Numbered from the stretch's first letter, positions 12,010 to 23,882 are shown. The stretch: DNA of 56,340 nucleotides from Eledone cirrhosa (GCA_964016885.1 CAXHJY010001610.1:1-56340), one strand, 5' to 3'. Notes: a model not told the origin generated them from the sequence alone. Made by a program: numbers and translations.

Positions 12010-12186
12010 TAATAATTGTTTCTACTTTTGGCACAAGGCCAGCAATTACCTCAGTGCATTACTGGTACTTTATTTTATCGACCCCGTAAGGATGAAAGGC
12101 AAAGTTAACCTCAGCGGAATTTGAACCCAGAATGTAAAGGGCAATAACTCTATGCTGCAAAGCATGGTGTTTGACGCTTTGCCAAT
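12010..12186 (-). mobile_element. tRNA-SINE family 2
   Basis: Colinear with 11130-11305. Confidence 0.8.
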
Positions 12187-13940
12187 CCAAACTGCTATCG
12201 ATTAGCCAATATATCGGTATTATCATGGTTCATTTCATCAATATATATATATATATATACACACACATATACATACATAGGTGAATTCAGTTTTCATAGT
12301 TAGCTATTCTTGTCGACTTACTGGCAAGAAAAGTCAAAACGTAGTAGATGCAATGTGTGTGTGTGTAACAACAGCAGCGTCCCAGGTGTGAGAATTTATA
12401 ATCATTGTGAGCCATACGTGAGTTTTGTAGGGGGTTGTAGTCAATAGAAGCATGAATTATTTTTGAGCTCAGCAGAGGAAAACCAGGATCTTTGCTATGT
12501 TAAGGATGTACGTACGCTAAGAGATATCACTTCACTGAGGATATCCTCTTAGCGAACGCACATCCTGAACATAATGATCGTGAGGGCCTTAAGGTGTAGG
12601 CTGTTTATATTGAGAAGGAGGCGTGGTATTTTCTTGATATGTGCAATGATTCTTTGTTTTTATTGCTGTTGAAGGAGACAAGATCGGCATGATGCATTGG
12701 AGGTCAATCACACATACTTAGAGATATGTACTTTTAGAAACTTGGTTTTTGTCTAGGCAGTTATTTTCAGAAGTCTGCCTGCCTATATCTTTAGACGATT
12801 ACGCGTGCGCGCGTATCTATATATATAAAACAGAGGATGTGTGTGTGGATGCTACATTATTCGAGGTTGGCGTCTACACTGCTCGCCCGATCTCGCTCAA
12901 ATTTGCATACATCACTCCTCATGATGCTTAGGCTACTTCGTTTTTTGATAGCCCCCCCGGCCCGCAATCCACCTTTTTGTCTATTTTGGGTGAAATCGGG
13001 AGATGAGGTTGCATTTTATGCACGCGTGAAAAATTTTTCCTTTTGAGTTTTTTGACCCGGTTTTTTGCTAATATGGGTAGAAAAGAGTCTAAATTTTGTT
13101 GACGTGCTCGAATCATTACGAAATTCGGTCGAGAGTGAAGCTCGAGATCGAATCTCCACTTCGTATATGGAGAGACAGGAATAACAGGTCTTATAGTAAC
13201 ATTACCTTCCCCTTCCCCAGAGAGAGAGAGAGGAAGATAGAGAGAGAAGTTTTGGGTGTCACAGAAATATTACATTCCCCTCTCCACTTTGGTCAGTGAG
13301 CGAACCACTGTTGCTATAGTAACATTACCTTCCCCTCCCCTTCTTTATTGAGCGAGGAATATAGAGAGAGAGACGTTGTTGGTGTTACAGTAACATTACC
13401 TTCCCCTCTCCACTTACTTTGGTCTTTGAGACCGAGGGAACCACTGTTGCTATAGTTACAGCTTCACGTGACACAAACCAGTTCCTGCCAGTTCTGACCA
13501 CCTGGCACCAGTTGAGTCAGTTTTTGCTTTCTTTCGGTCGAGAAGTGGACAAATTTTCGCCTTGAATCAAAAAAAAAATTTCATGGACGGCTGGAGGTGG
13601 CAGCTTTTATTCTGTTTTGGCAAGACTGCTATCAAAAAATTTTGCAGACTCTTATCGTTGATTTGAGTGGCCTGCAAAGCTTTGGTTTTCAAACGCTACA
13701 CTTGCTACTTGGTTAGGCTACTGTGTAGACGTGTGCTTCACTCTCACTGCATTACATTTTGTGACCTCGCTTTCGGACTTTGCCATTCCCAGTACGTTTT
13801 TTGTTTACCTTTTTCTTGCTTAAAATTGTAACAATTTGTCAGTTTTTGTTACCTTCCCCAAAATACTGCTTATCACCTTCGCTTTTTTGCCTTTGCTCTA
13901 AACCTGCTTCCCCTTTACTGTTTACTGTACTATTGCAACC

Positions 13941-16390
13941 ATGCCACTGAAAAGAAAGAGTACCCTTAGCCGTAGGAAAACATCGTCTGTTGTTTCAAAA
14001 AAGAGGCGATTGAATGAGCAGTCTACGGATGCCGGACTGCATTTTTGGCCACAAACCCCTGTTACTTCGCTTTCAAACTTAAGTACTCCTAGCACAGCCC
14101 AACCCAGCGCCTCTCTATTTACGGTTACCGCTTCGAATCGTGCCATTCGGCAGCAGAGAGTGACAGCCAAAGAGCTCTTCGTAGGGCTAGGAATGCTGCA
14201 ACTACTGCTGCTGCAAGGGCCTCCGAAACTAAACAGCAAACAGCCACCAGACGGTCAAAGAACGCTGCTTCAACCGCCGCCTCCCGTGCCGCAGAAACCG
14301 ACCAGGAGACAGCCATCCGAAGGTCCAAGGACTCCGCCTCCAAGGCAGCTGCCAGAGCATCCCAGACCGAGATACAGACAGCCATCCGAAGGTCCAAGGA
14401 CTCCGCCTCCACCGCAGCTGCCAGAGCATCCCAGACCGAGATACAGACAGCCATCCGAATGTCCCAGAACGCTGTATCCACCGCCGCCTCCCGTGCCACA
14501 GAACATCAAACAGCCCGCCGTGCTCGGTTGGACACAAACACCGCACGAAGAGACACCGCCAGAGGAACAACGAGTCCACATGAGTCATTTTGGCTTATGA
14601 AGGCTTTCAACTACGATCCAACAGTAAAATACTCCGACCGTACGGACATTCAACTAGGCAGGATGGATGTCATATGCCAATTCTGTGGTGCAGAGAAGTG
14701 GCCCGGAGAACCACCTGGCGGCCCCTCCAGAACCTTTGCGAGAACTTCTTAGCGGAGAGACCTCTACGTCAACAGACTTCCTTGGCAACATAAGGAAATA
14801 CAACTGCGCCTTCCAGATGACTTCGTTCGGGGCCAAAATTGTCCGAGAAAGCGGGTGGATGCCAACCTTTAAGGTTCAGGGCCAGGTTTACCACTATGTC
14901 GGTCCTCTACAGCCTGCGCCGTCAGCGCAACCCGCCTTCCTGCAAATTTACTTCATAGCTGACTACAACAAGCAGGCTGACATGCGCTCATCTGTCATCC
15001 CAGCTGATGGCACTAGAGAGAACCTGGACAGAGACGTCCTCCTTGCGCTGCAGCAAATGCTACACTCCGAAAACAGCTACGTGCAGAGCTTCAAGTACGC
15101 CTTGGAGACTACTGACCTGCCTAACTTCAACATTGTCATCGATGCCGACAAAAGACCATCCGAGAACACGCCCGTCGATTCAACGCGCCCGCGTGCAACG
15201 AGGTGGCTGTCGTCCTTCACGGAGACCAGCACAACCCCCGGGATATCGTCATATCCAACCGTGCAACTGGCCTCCACAGAATACGCGAAACACACCGATC
15301 CTACGACAGCCTCCAATACCCTCTACTTTTCCCCCGCGGCGAGGACGGCTACCACTTGACTCCACACTGCCAGCCAAACCAGCCCTCCGTTGCTGCCGCC
15401 AAAACCGTGTCCTGCAAGGAATTTTACGCATACCGACTCATGCCTCGGAGAAACTGTTTCAACAGTTTGCACAGATCGCAGGACCTACTGAACCAATTTG
15501 CGGTGGATATGGCAGCAAAGATGGAGTCAGAACGACTGGCCTTCATTCGAACCCACCAGCAGCAACTGCGTAGCGAAAGCTACATACACCTGCGAGACGG
15601 CTTGACCAACGACGGGGATCCCCGAAACATTGGCAAGGTCTGCATCCTGCCTTCTACCTTCACTGGAGGACCTCGGTACATGCACGAGAGGACTCAGGAC
15701 GCCATGACCTACGTGCGGGCTTTCACGTGCAACCCGAAGGCGGATGAGATCACCCGAGAACTCCTTCCAGGGCAGTCATACCACCACCGCCTTGACCTCA
15801 TAGCGAGAGGAACATACAGAAAATGAAGGCATGTTGTGCAAAAGCCAACATCTTCGGCCCTGCTAGATGCCATACGTACACCGTAGAATGGCAGAAACGG
15901 GGCCTGCCTCACATTCATCTGTTACTGTGGCTGCAGAACAAGATCAACTCCAACGACATCGACAAATTTATCTGCGCAGAGATCCCCAACCCTGCCACCG
16001 ACAAAGAACTCTTCGACGTCGTCACGACTTCCATGATACACGGACCCTGTTATCCGGGTTCTAACCATTCGTGTCAGAAAGACGGAATCTGTAGTAAGAG
16101 GTACCCTAGGAAATTTGTTTCAGAGACCCAGACAGGGCACAACGGCTATCCCCTGTACAGGCGCCGGTCGCCTGAAGACGGTGGTTTTACTGCCATTGTA
16201 AGGGGCAAGCAAGTCGACAATCGATGGGTGGTCCCCTATTGTCCACTTCTCACTCCGACGTTCCAAGCCCACATTAATGTGGAATTCTGTAGCTCAGTTA
16301 AATCGATTAAATATGTTTGCAAGTACGTCAACAAGGGCTGCGATTCCGCCGCATTCGCCCTCCAGTCCGACCGGGATCGGCCCGGTACAT
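13941..16390 (+). pseudogene. Helitron RepHel N-terminal half: basic N-terminus, 23-aa repeats, Zn-finger remnant, Helitron_like_N and HUH/Y2 Rep; five frame changes
   Basis: Motifs CQFCGAEKWPGE, YNCAFQMTSFG, YDSLQYPLLFPRGEDG, LPSTFTGGPRYM, FTCNP, VEWQKRGLPHIH (HUH) and KYVCKYVNKG (Y2) are spread over ORFs 13941, 14459, 14667, 15203 and 15823. Confidence 0.9.
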
Positions 16391-18632
16391 AAGTACAAAC
16401 GAAGCGTTTTGGCGAATGTTTGGTTTTTCTATCCATGAAAGGTACCCCAAAATCACAAACCTGGCGGTCCACTTAGAGAACGGACAGCGGGTTTACTTTA
16501 CGGCCGCAAATGCTGCTCAAGCTGCGGCTAACCCCAAAGAAACCACGTTAACCGCTTTCTTTAAGCTCTGTCACGTAGACGCTTTTGCGAGAACTCTAAT
16601 TTACTCTCAGGTGCCGTCCTACTTCACTTGGCGCCGCAATAGCTGGGTACGGCGAAAAACTGGTAAGGCAGTTGAATCGCATCCGGGAGTTAAATTTTCT
16701 GACTGCCTCGGTAGAGTCTACACGGTTCCCCCAACCCAACCTGGGTGCTTTCACCTGCGCATTCTTCTGCACGAGGTTAAGGGGCCGCAAGGTTTCTTTG
16801 ACTTAAAAACAGTAAACGGGGAACTTTGCAACACTTTTCGAGAAGCCTGCTTTAGGCTTGGTCTCTTGGAAGATGACTCCCAATGGGACTCGACCCTCGC
16901 CGATGGTGCTCTGCTGAAATCCCCACAGAAATTAAGGGAACTGTTTGCCTTTTTGCTACACAATTGTGGCTTAGCTAACCCTTCAGCCCTTTGGCTGAAG
17001 TACAGGGACGATTTGTGCGAGGACTTCCTCCGCACAGCCAAACGGCAAAATCCGTCTTTAGAAGTGGGGTTCACCGAAATCATTTACAACCAAGGGCTAA
17101 TTTCCATCCAAGAAGAGCTCCTTCAACTAGGGGGGAATGACTTGCCAACATACGGCTTGCCAGCCGCCAGCAGGGAAAATGTTAGTGTGCTGGGTCCAGA
17201 TATTCTGTTGGAGACATCTTACGATGTCGCCATGTTGACAACTTTCCTAGATGAAAATGAACGTAAGCTTCTTCCCGAGCAAAGGGTTGTTTATGAGACT
17301 GTCGTTGACAGTGCACTGGATGGATTAGGTTGTGTCTTCTTTCTTGATGCCTCTGGCGGTACAGGCAAAACCTTCATTACCTCCCTCATTTTGGCGCGTC
17401 TTCGACAACAAAAAAAGATTGCCCTTGCGGTCGCCTCATCGGGGATCGCCGCTACCTTGCTGCCTGGAGGGAAGACGGCTCATGCTGCCTTTAAGCTTCC
17501 GTTGGACCTCGCACGAACTGATACGCCGACGTGCAACATTAGCAAGCACTCTGACAAAGCGGCACTTCTCGCAAAATGTTGCCTCATTGTGTGGGACGAA
17601 TGCACCATGGCACATAAGGGTGCTCTGGAGGCATTAGATAGGAGTTTAAAAGATATCAGGAACTCCTCGGCACCCTTGGGTGGCGTGACTTTACTGCTTT
17701 CGGGTGACTTCAGGCAAACGCTGCCTGTTATCCCCAAAGGGACAAGGGCTGATGAAGTCCGCGCATGCCTGAAGTCGTCGACGCTTTGGCCTATCGTTCG
17801 GACACTCCGCCTGAGCGTTAACATGCGGGCGCAGTTGCTCGGGGACAGCACGTCTGCTGAATTCGGCCAGGCCATCCTAGCTATAGGGGAAGGCCGACTT
17901 CCTTCCAACGAAAAAGGTGAGGTGTCGCTGGCATCTGTCAGTAATACAGTTGACAGTCCTCAGGCCCTTTTAGAAGCTGTTTTTCCAAACCTACAGGTTA
18001 ACTACACTAACTTAGATTGGCTTAGTTCAAGAGCCATCCTAGCCCCCAAAAACTCTGCTGTTAATGCGCTCAACGAAGAGCTACTCGGCAAGATTCCAGC
18101 CCAAGAGAACATTTTTAAGTCTATAGACCGCGTCACCGATCCACAGGAGGCGACGGATTACCCAGTAGAGTTTTTGAATAGCCTTGACCCCCCAGGTCTC
18201 CCACCCCACATCCTGAAGCTCAAGGTCGGCAGTCCGATTATGCTTATGCGTAACATGGGCCCCCCAAAACAGTGCAACGGCACTCGAATGGTAGTCAAAT
18301 CAATGACGAACCATCTCATTGAAGCAACCATTTTAACTGGTTGTGGTAAAGGTGAGACCGTCATGATCCCAAGGCTAAGCATCCAACCTTCGACCACGGA
18401 CATCCCGATAGGTTTTAGGCGACATCAGTTTCCAGTAAGGCCCTGCTTCGCGATCACCATAAACAAATCTCAGGGTCAAACTTTGTCCGTGGCGGGCATT
18501 CATCTAAAAGAGCCCTGCTTTGCTCATGGCCAACTGTATGTTGCCTGCTCGCGAGTTGGGAGTAAGGACTCCCTTTTTTCATACACACCCAACGGTATGA
18601 CCCGCAACATAGTCTACAAAGAGGTCCAGTAA
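16317..18632 (+). CDS. Helitron PIF1-family helicase portion of RepHel (homology starts at ~16385)
   Basis: Walker A DASGGTGKT, Walker B LIVWDECTM, GDFRQTLPV, RAILAPKN, CNGTR, QFPVRPCFAITINKSQGQTL and HGQLYVACSRV. Confidence 0.93.
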   Translation: MQVRQQGLRFRRIRPPVRPGSARYISTNEAFWRMFGFSIHERYPKITNLAVHLENGQRVYFTAANAAQAAANPKETTLTAFFKLCHVDAFARTLIYSQVPSYFTWRRNSWVRRKTGKAVESHPGVKFSDCLGRVYTVPPTQPGCFHLRILLHEVKGPQGFFDLKTVNGELCNTFREACFRLGLLEDDSQWDSTLADGALLKSPQKLRELFAFLLHNCGLANPSALWLKYRDDLCEDFLRTAKRQNPSLEVGFTEIIYNQGLISIQEELLQLGGNDLPTYGLPAASRENVSVLGPDILLETSYDVAMLTTFLDENERKLLPEQRVVYETVVDSALDGLGCVFFLDASGGTGKTFITSLILARLRQQKKIALAVASSGIAATLLPGGKTAHAAFKLPLDLARTDTPTCNISKHSDKAALLAKCCLIVWDECTMAHKGALEALDRSLKDIRNSSAPLGGVTLLLSGDFRQTLPVIPKGTRADEVRACLKSSTLWPIVRTLRLSVNMRAQLLGDSTSAEFGQAILAIGEGRLPSNEKGEVSLASVSNTVDSPQALLEAVFPNLQVNYTNLDWLSSRAILAPKNSAVNALNEELLGKIPAQENIFKSIDRVTDPQEATDYPVEFLNSLDPPGLPPHILKLKVGSPIMLMRNMGPPKQCNGTRMVVKSMTNHLIEATILTGCGKGETVMIPRLSIQPSTTDIPIGFRRHQFPVRPCFAITINKSQGQTLSVAGIHLKEPCFAHGQLYVACSRVGSKDSLFSYTPNGMTRNIVYKEVQ

Positions 18633-19384
18633 CGTGCATTACCACTGAGATGATTTAACACAAAAAGAGTTTATATATATACAAACACATACACACACTC
18701 ACATACAGATATATATATATCATTATCTATAAAAGCGAGTGTGTGTGCATGTTCCTTTTCTATACGATTAAAAAAAAAACACCTCCTTCAATGGAAAATT
18801 ACTTATCAATATTCGAAATAGCTTCAATTAGGTCATGCAGAATTTATATATTTAAAATTGGTCCCCAATTACGCAAAAAAATCGATAAAACTCAATAATT
18901 CACGATATACCTCTCTCATAAATCTGATATCGAAACTGAAGATTACGACCCTAAATGGTGGACAGTTCGAAATACTGCTGCTGCTGTGCTTCTGGCTGTT
19001 GCTCATCTCATTCTATCAGGCTCTTCCAACAACTTTACAGTACTTTATCATCCGTTAAAAAAAAACTGTTTTTTGGCTGCTTTTTGTTTTCGACAGAAAA
19101 TTTATTACGATTTCTGTTTGCTATTCTTAATATATATATTTTTTTTGTGTTCCCTTTTTGTGATTTTTGTTGGTTTCCCTTTTTGTGATTTTTGTTGGTT
19201 TCTTGGTTGAGAAAAGAAGATGGTAAAACCGGGTTGAAGAGATTTTCATTTCTAAATTCTATTATCATTACAACTTTGACATATTTTATGTAAAGTGAAT
19301 ATGAGAAAAAAAAAATTCTTCATATTTATTGTTTCCTAATCTGAATAAAAACAGCAGTAACCCGGGCAACGCCGGGTCATCCAG

Positions 19385-19650
19385 CTATAAATAAAAGCAA
19401 GTCGGTCTGTGTGTGTGTGTGTCTGTCTGTCTGTATGTGTACAAATACTAGGCTCCTTTTAACTTTTGAAATACTAGGCCGATTTCAACCAAATTTGGCA
19501 CACGTATTGCTTATATGCCAGCAGGATTTGGACCAAAACAAGTTTGAAAAAAAAATCGATATTGGGGTCGAAAAATCGATTTTGTGTGTGTATCTGTCTG
19601 TGTACAAATACTAGGCTCCTTTTAACTTTTGAAGTACTAGGCCGATTTGG
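19385..19650 (+). mobile_element. Non-autonomous Helitron/HINE-like 5' fragment with an internal direct duplication
   Basis: Starts ctataaataaaagc followed by (GT)n(GTCT)n, then ccgatttcaaccaaatttggcacac (compare the Helitron 5' end ccgatctcgctcaaatttgcatac at ~12886). A ~50-bp segment is repeated at ~19436-19485 and ~19599-19648. Confidence 0.55.
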
Positions 19651-19659
19651 CACCACCAC

Positions 19660-19790
19660 TGGATTGGTACTTTCTTTATCGACCCTGAAAGATGGAAGGC
19701 AAAATGGACCTCAGCGGGCAGGATTTGAACTCTGAACGCAGAGACCCGGAACAATATCCAATGTTCTAACGACTCTGCCAAATCGGCCGG
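19660..19790 (-). mobile_element. tRNA-SINE family 2, 5' part
   Basis: tggtactttctttatcgaccctgaaagatggaaggcaaa...gatttgaactctg matches 11180-11250. Confidence 0.7.
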
Positions 19791-20555
19791 CATATGTATG
19801 TTTGTATTTGTACACATATACACACATACAATTCCATAAATATACATACACATACACCCTTCTTAAAGTTGCTAGAATACCTGACCTTTTCCTCTGTGAC
19901 GACTTTTTTCCTGTCTTATCGGCCACACCGGACTGGCTTTAAGAGGAGGGCGTCTTTATAAACATATTACTATACTATGTATATATTATTTATTCCAGAC
20001 TTGTTCTACTTTCACAAATCTGATTCACTATATCATTTATAAGAGTAAACTCTCTCACACACTAAGACACCAGACTTAAGATAAAATGCTTCTTTGTCTG
20101 ACACACACTCCCTTCTCGCTTGTCCGACACACACACATACACTCTCTCTCTCTTAATGCTAGTCTTCATATTATTAACGAGCTTAAACTGCTCCAATGGT
20201 GTACAGTCTCGCTATACTTATTTACTAGATGTATGTTTGTGTGTGTGTGTGTGAGAGACCATGCTTACTTTAGTTCGTTCTAACTCTCTTTTTCTCTGTC
20301 TGTCACTCTTGAACATACACACGCACAGTTGAAAGAGAAAAGAGGATGTATGTTTGCTTTCTGAGTATTTAGTGATTGAATTATTTTGAAATGCCAACTT
20401 AGTTTTATCAATCATTTAACTGAACGCATCCCACCTCCTCTTGCTATATCTAACACATACGCGCGCGCACTCACACAAGTCTTGTGATCATCATATTGTC
20501 CAGTGCATTGTTTACGGCTGCAAAGCGTGATTTGAGGAACATTATTTCTAGAAAG

Positions 20556-20958
20556 GGCGGTGAATTGGCAGTATCGGTAGAGGGTCGGACGCCATGCTTT
20601 GCAGCATAGTTAGGTCCCTTTACGGTCTGAGTTTAAATCCCGTCGAGGTTAACTTTGCCTTTCATCCTTACCGGGTCGATAAAATAAAGTACCAGTAATG
20701 CAGTGGAATAATTGCTGGCCTCGTGCTAAAAGTAGAAACAATTATTTCTAGAAAGAATCATGAATTGGCAGTATCGATAGAGCGTCAGACACCATGCTTT
20801 GCAGCATAGAGTTATGGCCCTTTACGTTCTGAGTTCAAATCCCGCCGAGGTTAGCTTTTGCCTGTCATCCTTGCAGGGTCGATAAAATAAAGCACCAGTA
20901 ATGCACTGGAGTAATTGTTGGCCTTGTGCCACGTGTAGAAACAATTGTTTCTAGAAAG
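20556..20958 (+). mobile_element. Head-to-tail pair of full-length family-2 tRNA-SINEs (20556-20755, 20756-20958)
   Basis: Each monomer has the A box tggcagtatcg(g/a), the B box gagtt(t/c)aaatcc, the central domain and a gtagaaacaatt tail. Confidence 0.88.
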
Positions 20959-21358
20959 TTGAGCGAGGTCAAGTGGAGCCCACACCTTGTCGGCTTGTGT
21001 AGTAATTAATGAGTATAAATAGACCTTTGTACGGTCATGATCGGTTTCGAACACCTACCAAGAAATAACAACCAAATATCTCTAGATCACATTCTAACTT
21101 CTTAAAAAAAAAGGAACGACATAATTTAGTTCTACGCACACTTTTGATGAATAGCAGCCGGGATAGTCACGGTTGGAACATCTTTGATTCTCGACCTACT
21201 TCATTAGAATTAAGCTAGGGCTAAACTAGTCACTGATAAAACAAGCTATTTATCGTTCAGACGCACCTTCCTCCTCTAATATTTTCGCCATTCCTACCGA
21301 ACACTCCCTCTAACCCAACTTATTTCTTATCAATACTGCAACTCCTTGTCAGTATATA

Positions 21359-21484
21359 CAGGGTGGTCCAAAAGTCTCGATACATAAACAAAATAATTAT
21401 GTTTTATAAGAAACAATTTATTCAAAATAAATAAATATGGAAACTTAAACATTTCGTATGTATTGTGACTTTTGGGCCACCCTG
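21359..21484. mobile_element. 126-bp Tc1/mariner-type MITE
   Basis: TIRs cagggtggtccaaaagtc / gacttttgggccaccctg, with TA on both sides (21357-58, 21485-86). Confidence 0.88.
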
Positions 21485-23882
21485 TATGTTCCCAATATGC
21501 CCCAACATCAACTACATTGACTTCAGATCAGTCTGAAGAGCCAGCAAAGACAATAGGTACTGGTCTTAATTCTGTATTCGCTACCACACGTACACACACT
21601 CTATGGACATAGATCTTTAAAACCTTCTGCAATAGGAACATGGCAACTACAAGCCAAAGAAGGATCCTCAATGTGATCGTTTGACCTACTAAAATAGCAG
21701 CCATCATAGAATGTGGGGGACTATGGAGAGTTGGGTTAAGTTATTTTAGAGAATAGTGAGATTTGAGCTCGCCACTCCTATCTCATTAAATTATAATTAC
21801 GAATACGAACCATCGACCTCTCAACTGATCATTCCGTAATGGATGCACGTATGTGTGAAGAGGGGGCGAGAAAGAAAGAGAGGGGGAGATGGACGAAGTA
21901 AGTTTTGAGCACAAATAATGCTAAGGTATGTTTTGATTGCTCTTTGTCAGTCAAGTTGGTGTTGCACTTGTCAAAACTACACTACATACAACATTACAGA
22001 TTATTATGATTCTCGACTTGGCCATGGGTGCCCAATTAAAAAAAACAAAACATAAGGTTACTTGATGAACAGGCCAGTACATTCTGCCTGGCTCCACCAC
22101 ACACATATTGCCAAAGTATCTTTGTGATGCGATATAACTGAGTGTTTTTATATGTCTGTAAACGATGCTAATAGTGGATGTATAGAGTTTTCACCACTCA
22201 CCCATATTAATATGTGTGTATGTGTTATACTGGGGAGGCACAGCCAGCCAATAAACAACAAATGCACCAGTTTAGTTTCACTTCGGTTTTTGTCACTGGT
22301 CATGTAACTAACTAATTCATTCATCAGTTGGTTTAGTTGCTGTATGGTTATTTAATTGTCAATGCTCTTTCGACACACATTCTGTGACCCCCTCAATAAC
22401 TCTTTTGGCCCCTTGTGTCTCTTTGTTTCGATTTTGTTCCAGTTATTCCATCAAGATGGAGTAACTGTAGTGTGTATATGCATAAACACACAAACACACA
22501 TCATAGTGTGCATATTACATACACTTTTTAATATGCCAACCAACCAACCACCCGAGTTTCAAATTTATGGCATATGTACATATATGTATGAATATAGATA
22601 TAATATTTATAATTCAGGTAGTTGTTTTATGTACTGAATGACGCATACAATATGCACACTGATGATATGTGTGGTTTGTGTTAAACATGTACATTCACTC
22701 TGTTTTACATTCTATAGAACTTTCTCCTCATCTGCCACACCTCCTCCCACCCCTCTCTTTCCCATCTGTCATCCCAAAACTCCTTACCTACCTACCTCAA
22801 CGTGTGTGTGTGTGTGTGTGTGTGTGTGCACCCAACACAACTCTATAATTACCCAAACTTCTGTTGTCCAACACTTTCTCTAGCCCCCCTCCCCTTTTTT
22901 TTTTCTACCCAACCTAGACCCACCTACTGCTATGATGCTACCCTATCCCCCCCCCCACTAACAACATAAAGTGTTGCACTCTGTATAAGTTCTCATCCTC
23001 CTCCTCCACTCCAGCACATACCTCTGACATAACCCACCTTTCACTAATGGCAGGTGGCAGTGAGAGATGCTGTTAAATGAAACCTGTCCCCTTATCCTAT
23101 CCTATTGCTTTTTCTTTCTTTCAGAGAAATAAGGGACAGGTCTCTTTGCCCTACCTATATTGTCCCCCACCCACTTTCTCTGCTTAACACAATTACTATT
23201 ACATAATTCTCAAACCGATCACACACAAGTATGTATTCACATACATACAATTAAAGATTTGTATACACGTACATACACATGAGATCGTTTTAATTGTGTG
23301 TGTGTGTATTCACACACACACACACACACACATATGTATTGATTTATTGATTTTTAGCAATTTCTACAGTCATTTAAAACAGCCTCAGCATTTACTGAAT
23401 GCTGAAATGCAAAGTCGGGTTTGAACTCGGAATAGAACACACCACACACTTGTGGGCGTGCGGCGTGTTTGCGCGCGCAAACACCTACGTGGCACATGTA
23501 TGTATAGTATTGGATTATATAAGGCGTGGGAGTGATTGTATTATGTGTTGGTCTGTGTGTTGAGACTACAAGTAAATATATCATTAGATAATACCTAGCA
23601 TGCACGACCCATCCACTGGGGAGATATACACCCACCTTCGGAATATGGCAGGTGATGTTAACACATTCACTATAATATCCCACCACCAACACCATACTAC
23701 CTTTTCTAAGGTTTATTGTCCTACCCAAGTCATGTATTTGTCTTTTCTCCCTTCGATGGCTGGCCAACATAATAAATGGCTGTAATAATGGTCAAATCTT
23801 GTATAATGGGAATGAAGAATGACGATAAAAAGGGTGAAAAAGAGAGGGGGGAGTGCTAATGTAAATATGGACGTCCTTTTAA

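Larger units (their letters stand above)
12816..19388 (+). mobile_element. Helitron (rolling-circle transposon), possibly composite
   Basis: 5' end A|TCtatatatataaaa at 12816; RepHel coding region 13941-18632; subterminal hairpin acccgggcaacgccgggt (19360-19377) followed by cagCTAt (19385-19388), a CTRR variant. Confidence 0.8.

Noticed and set aside
13195-13460. Three spaced copies of (tat)agtaacattaccttcccc resembling a CRISPR array
   Set aside because: The intervening sequences are related to each other, the context is eukaryotic and no cas genes are present; these are internal subrepeats of the Helitron 5' region.
13941-14600. Proline-rich 219-aa ORF as an independent or captured gene
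   Set aside because: After ~14150 it is the off-frame reading of the 69-bp repeats; the alternative frame continues directly into the conserved Helitron AFNYDP/CQFC region.
21530-21570. ctgaaga-gccag...ctggt as a hammerhead
   Set aside because: No GAAA follows the putative stem II, and stems I and III cannot be formed.
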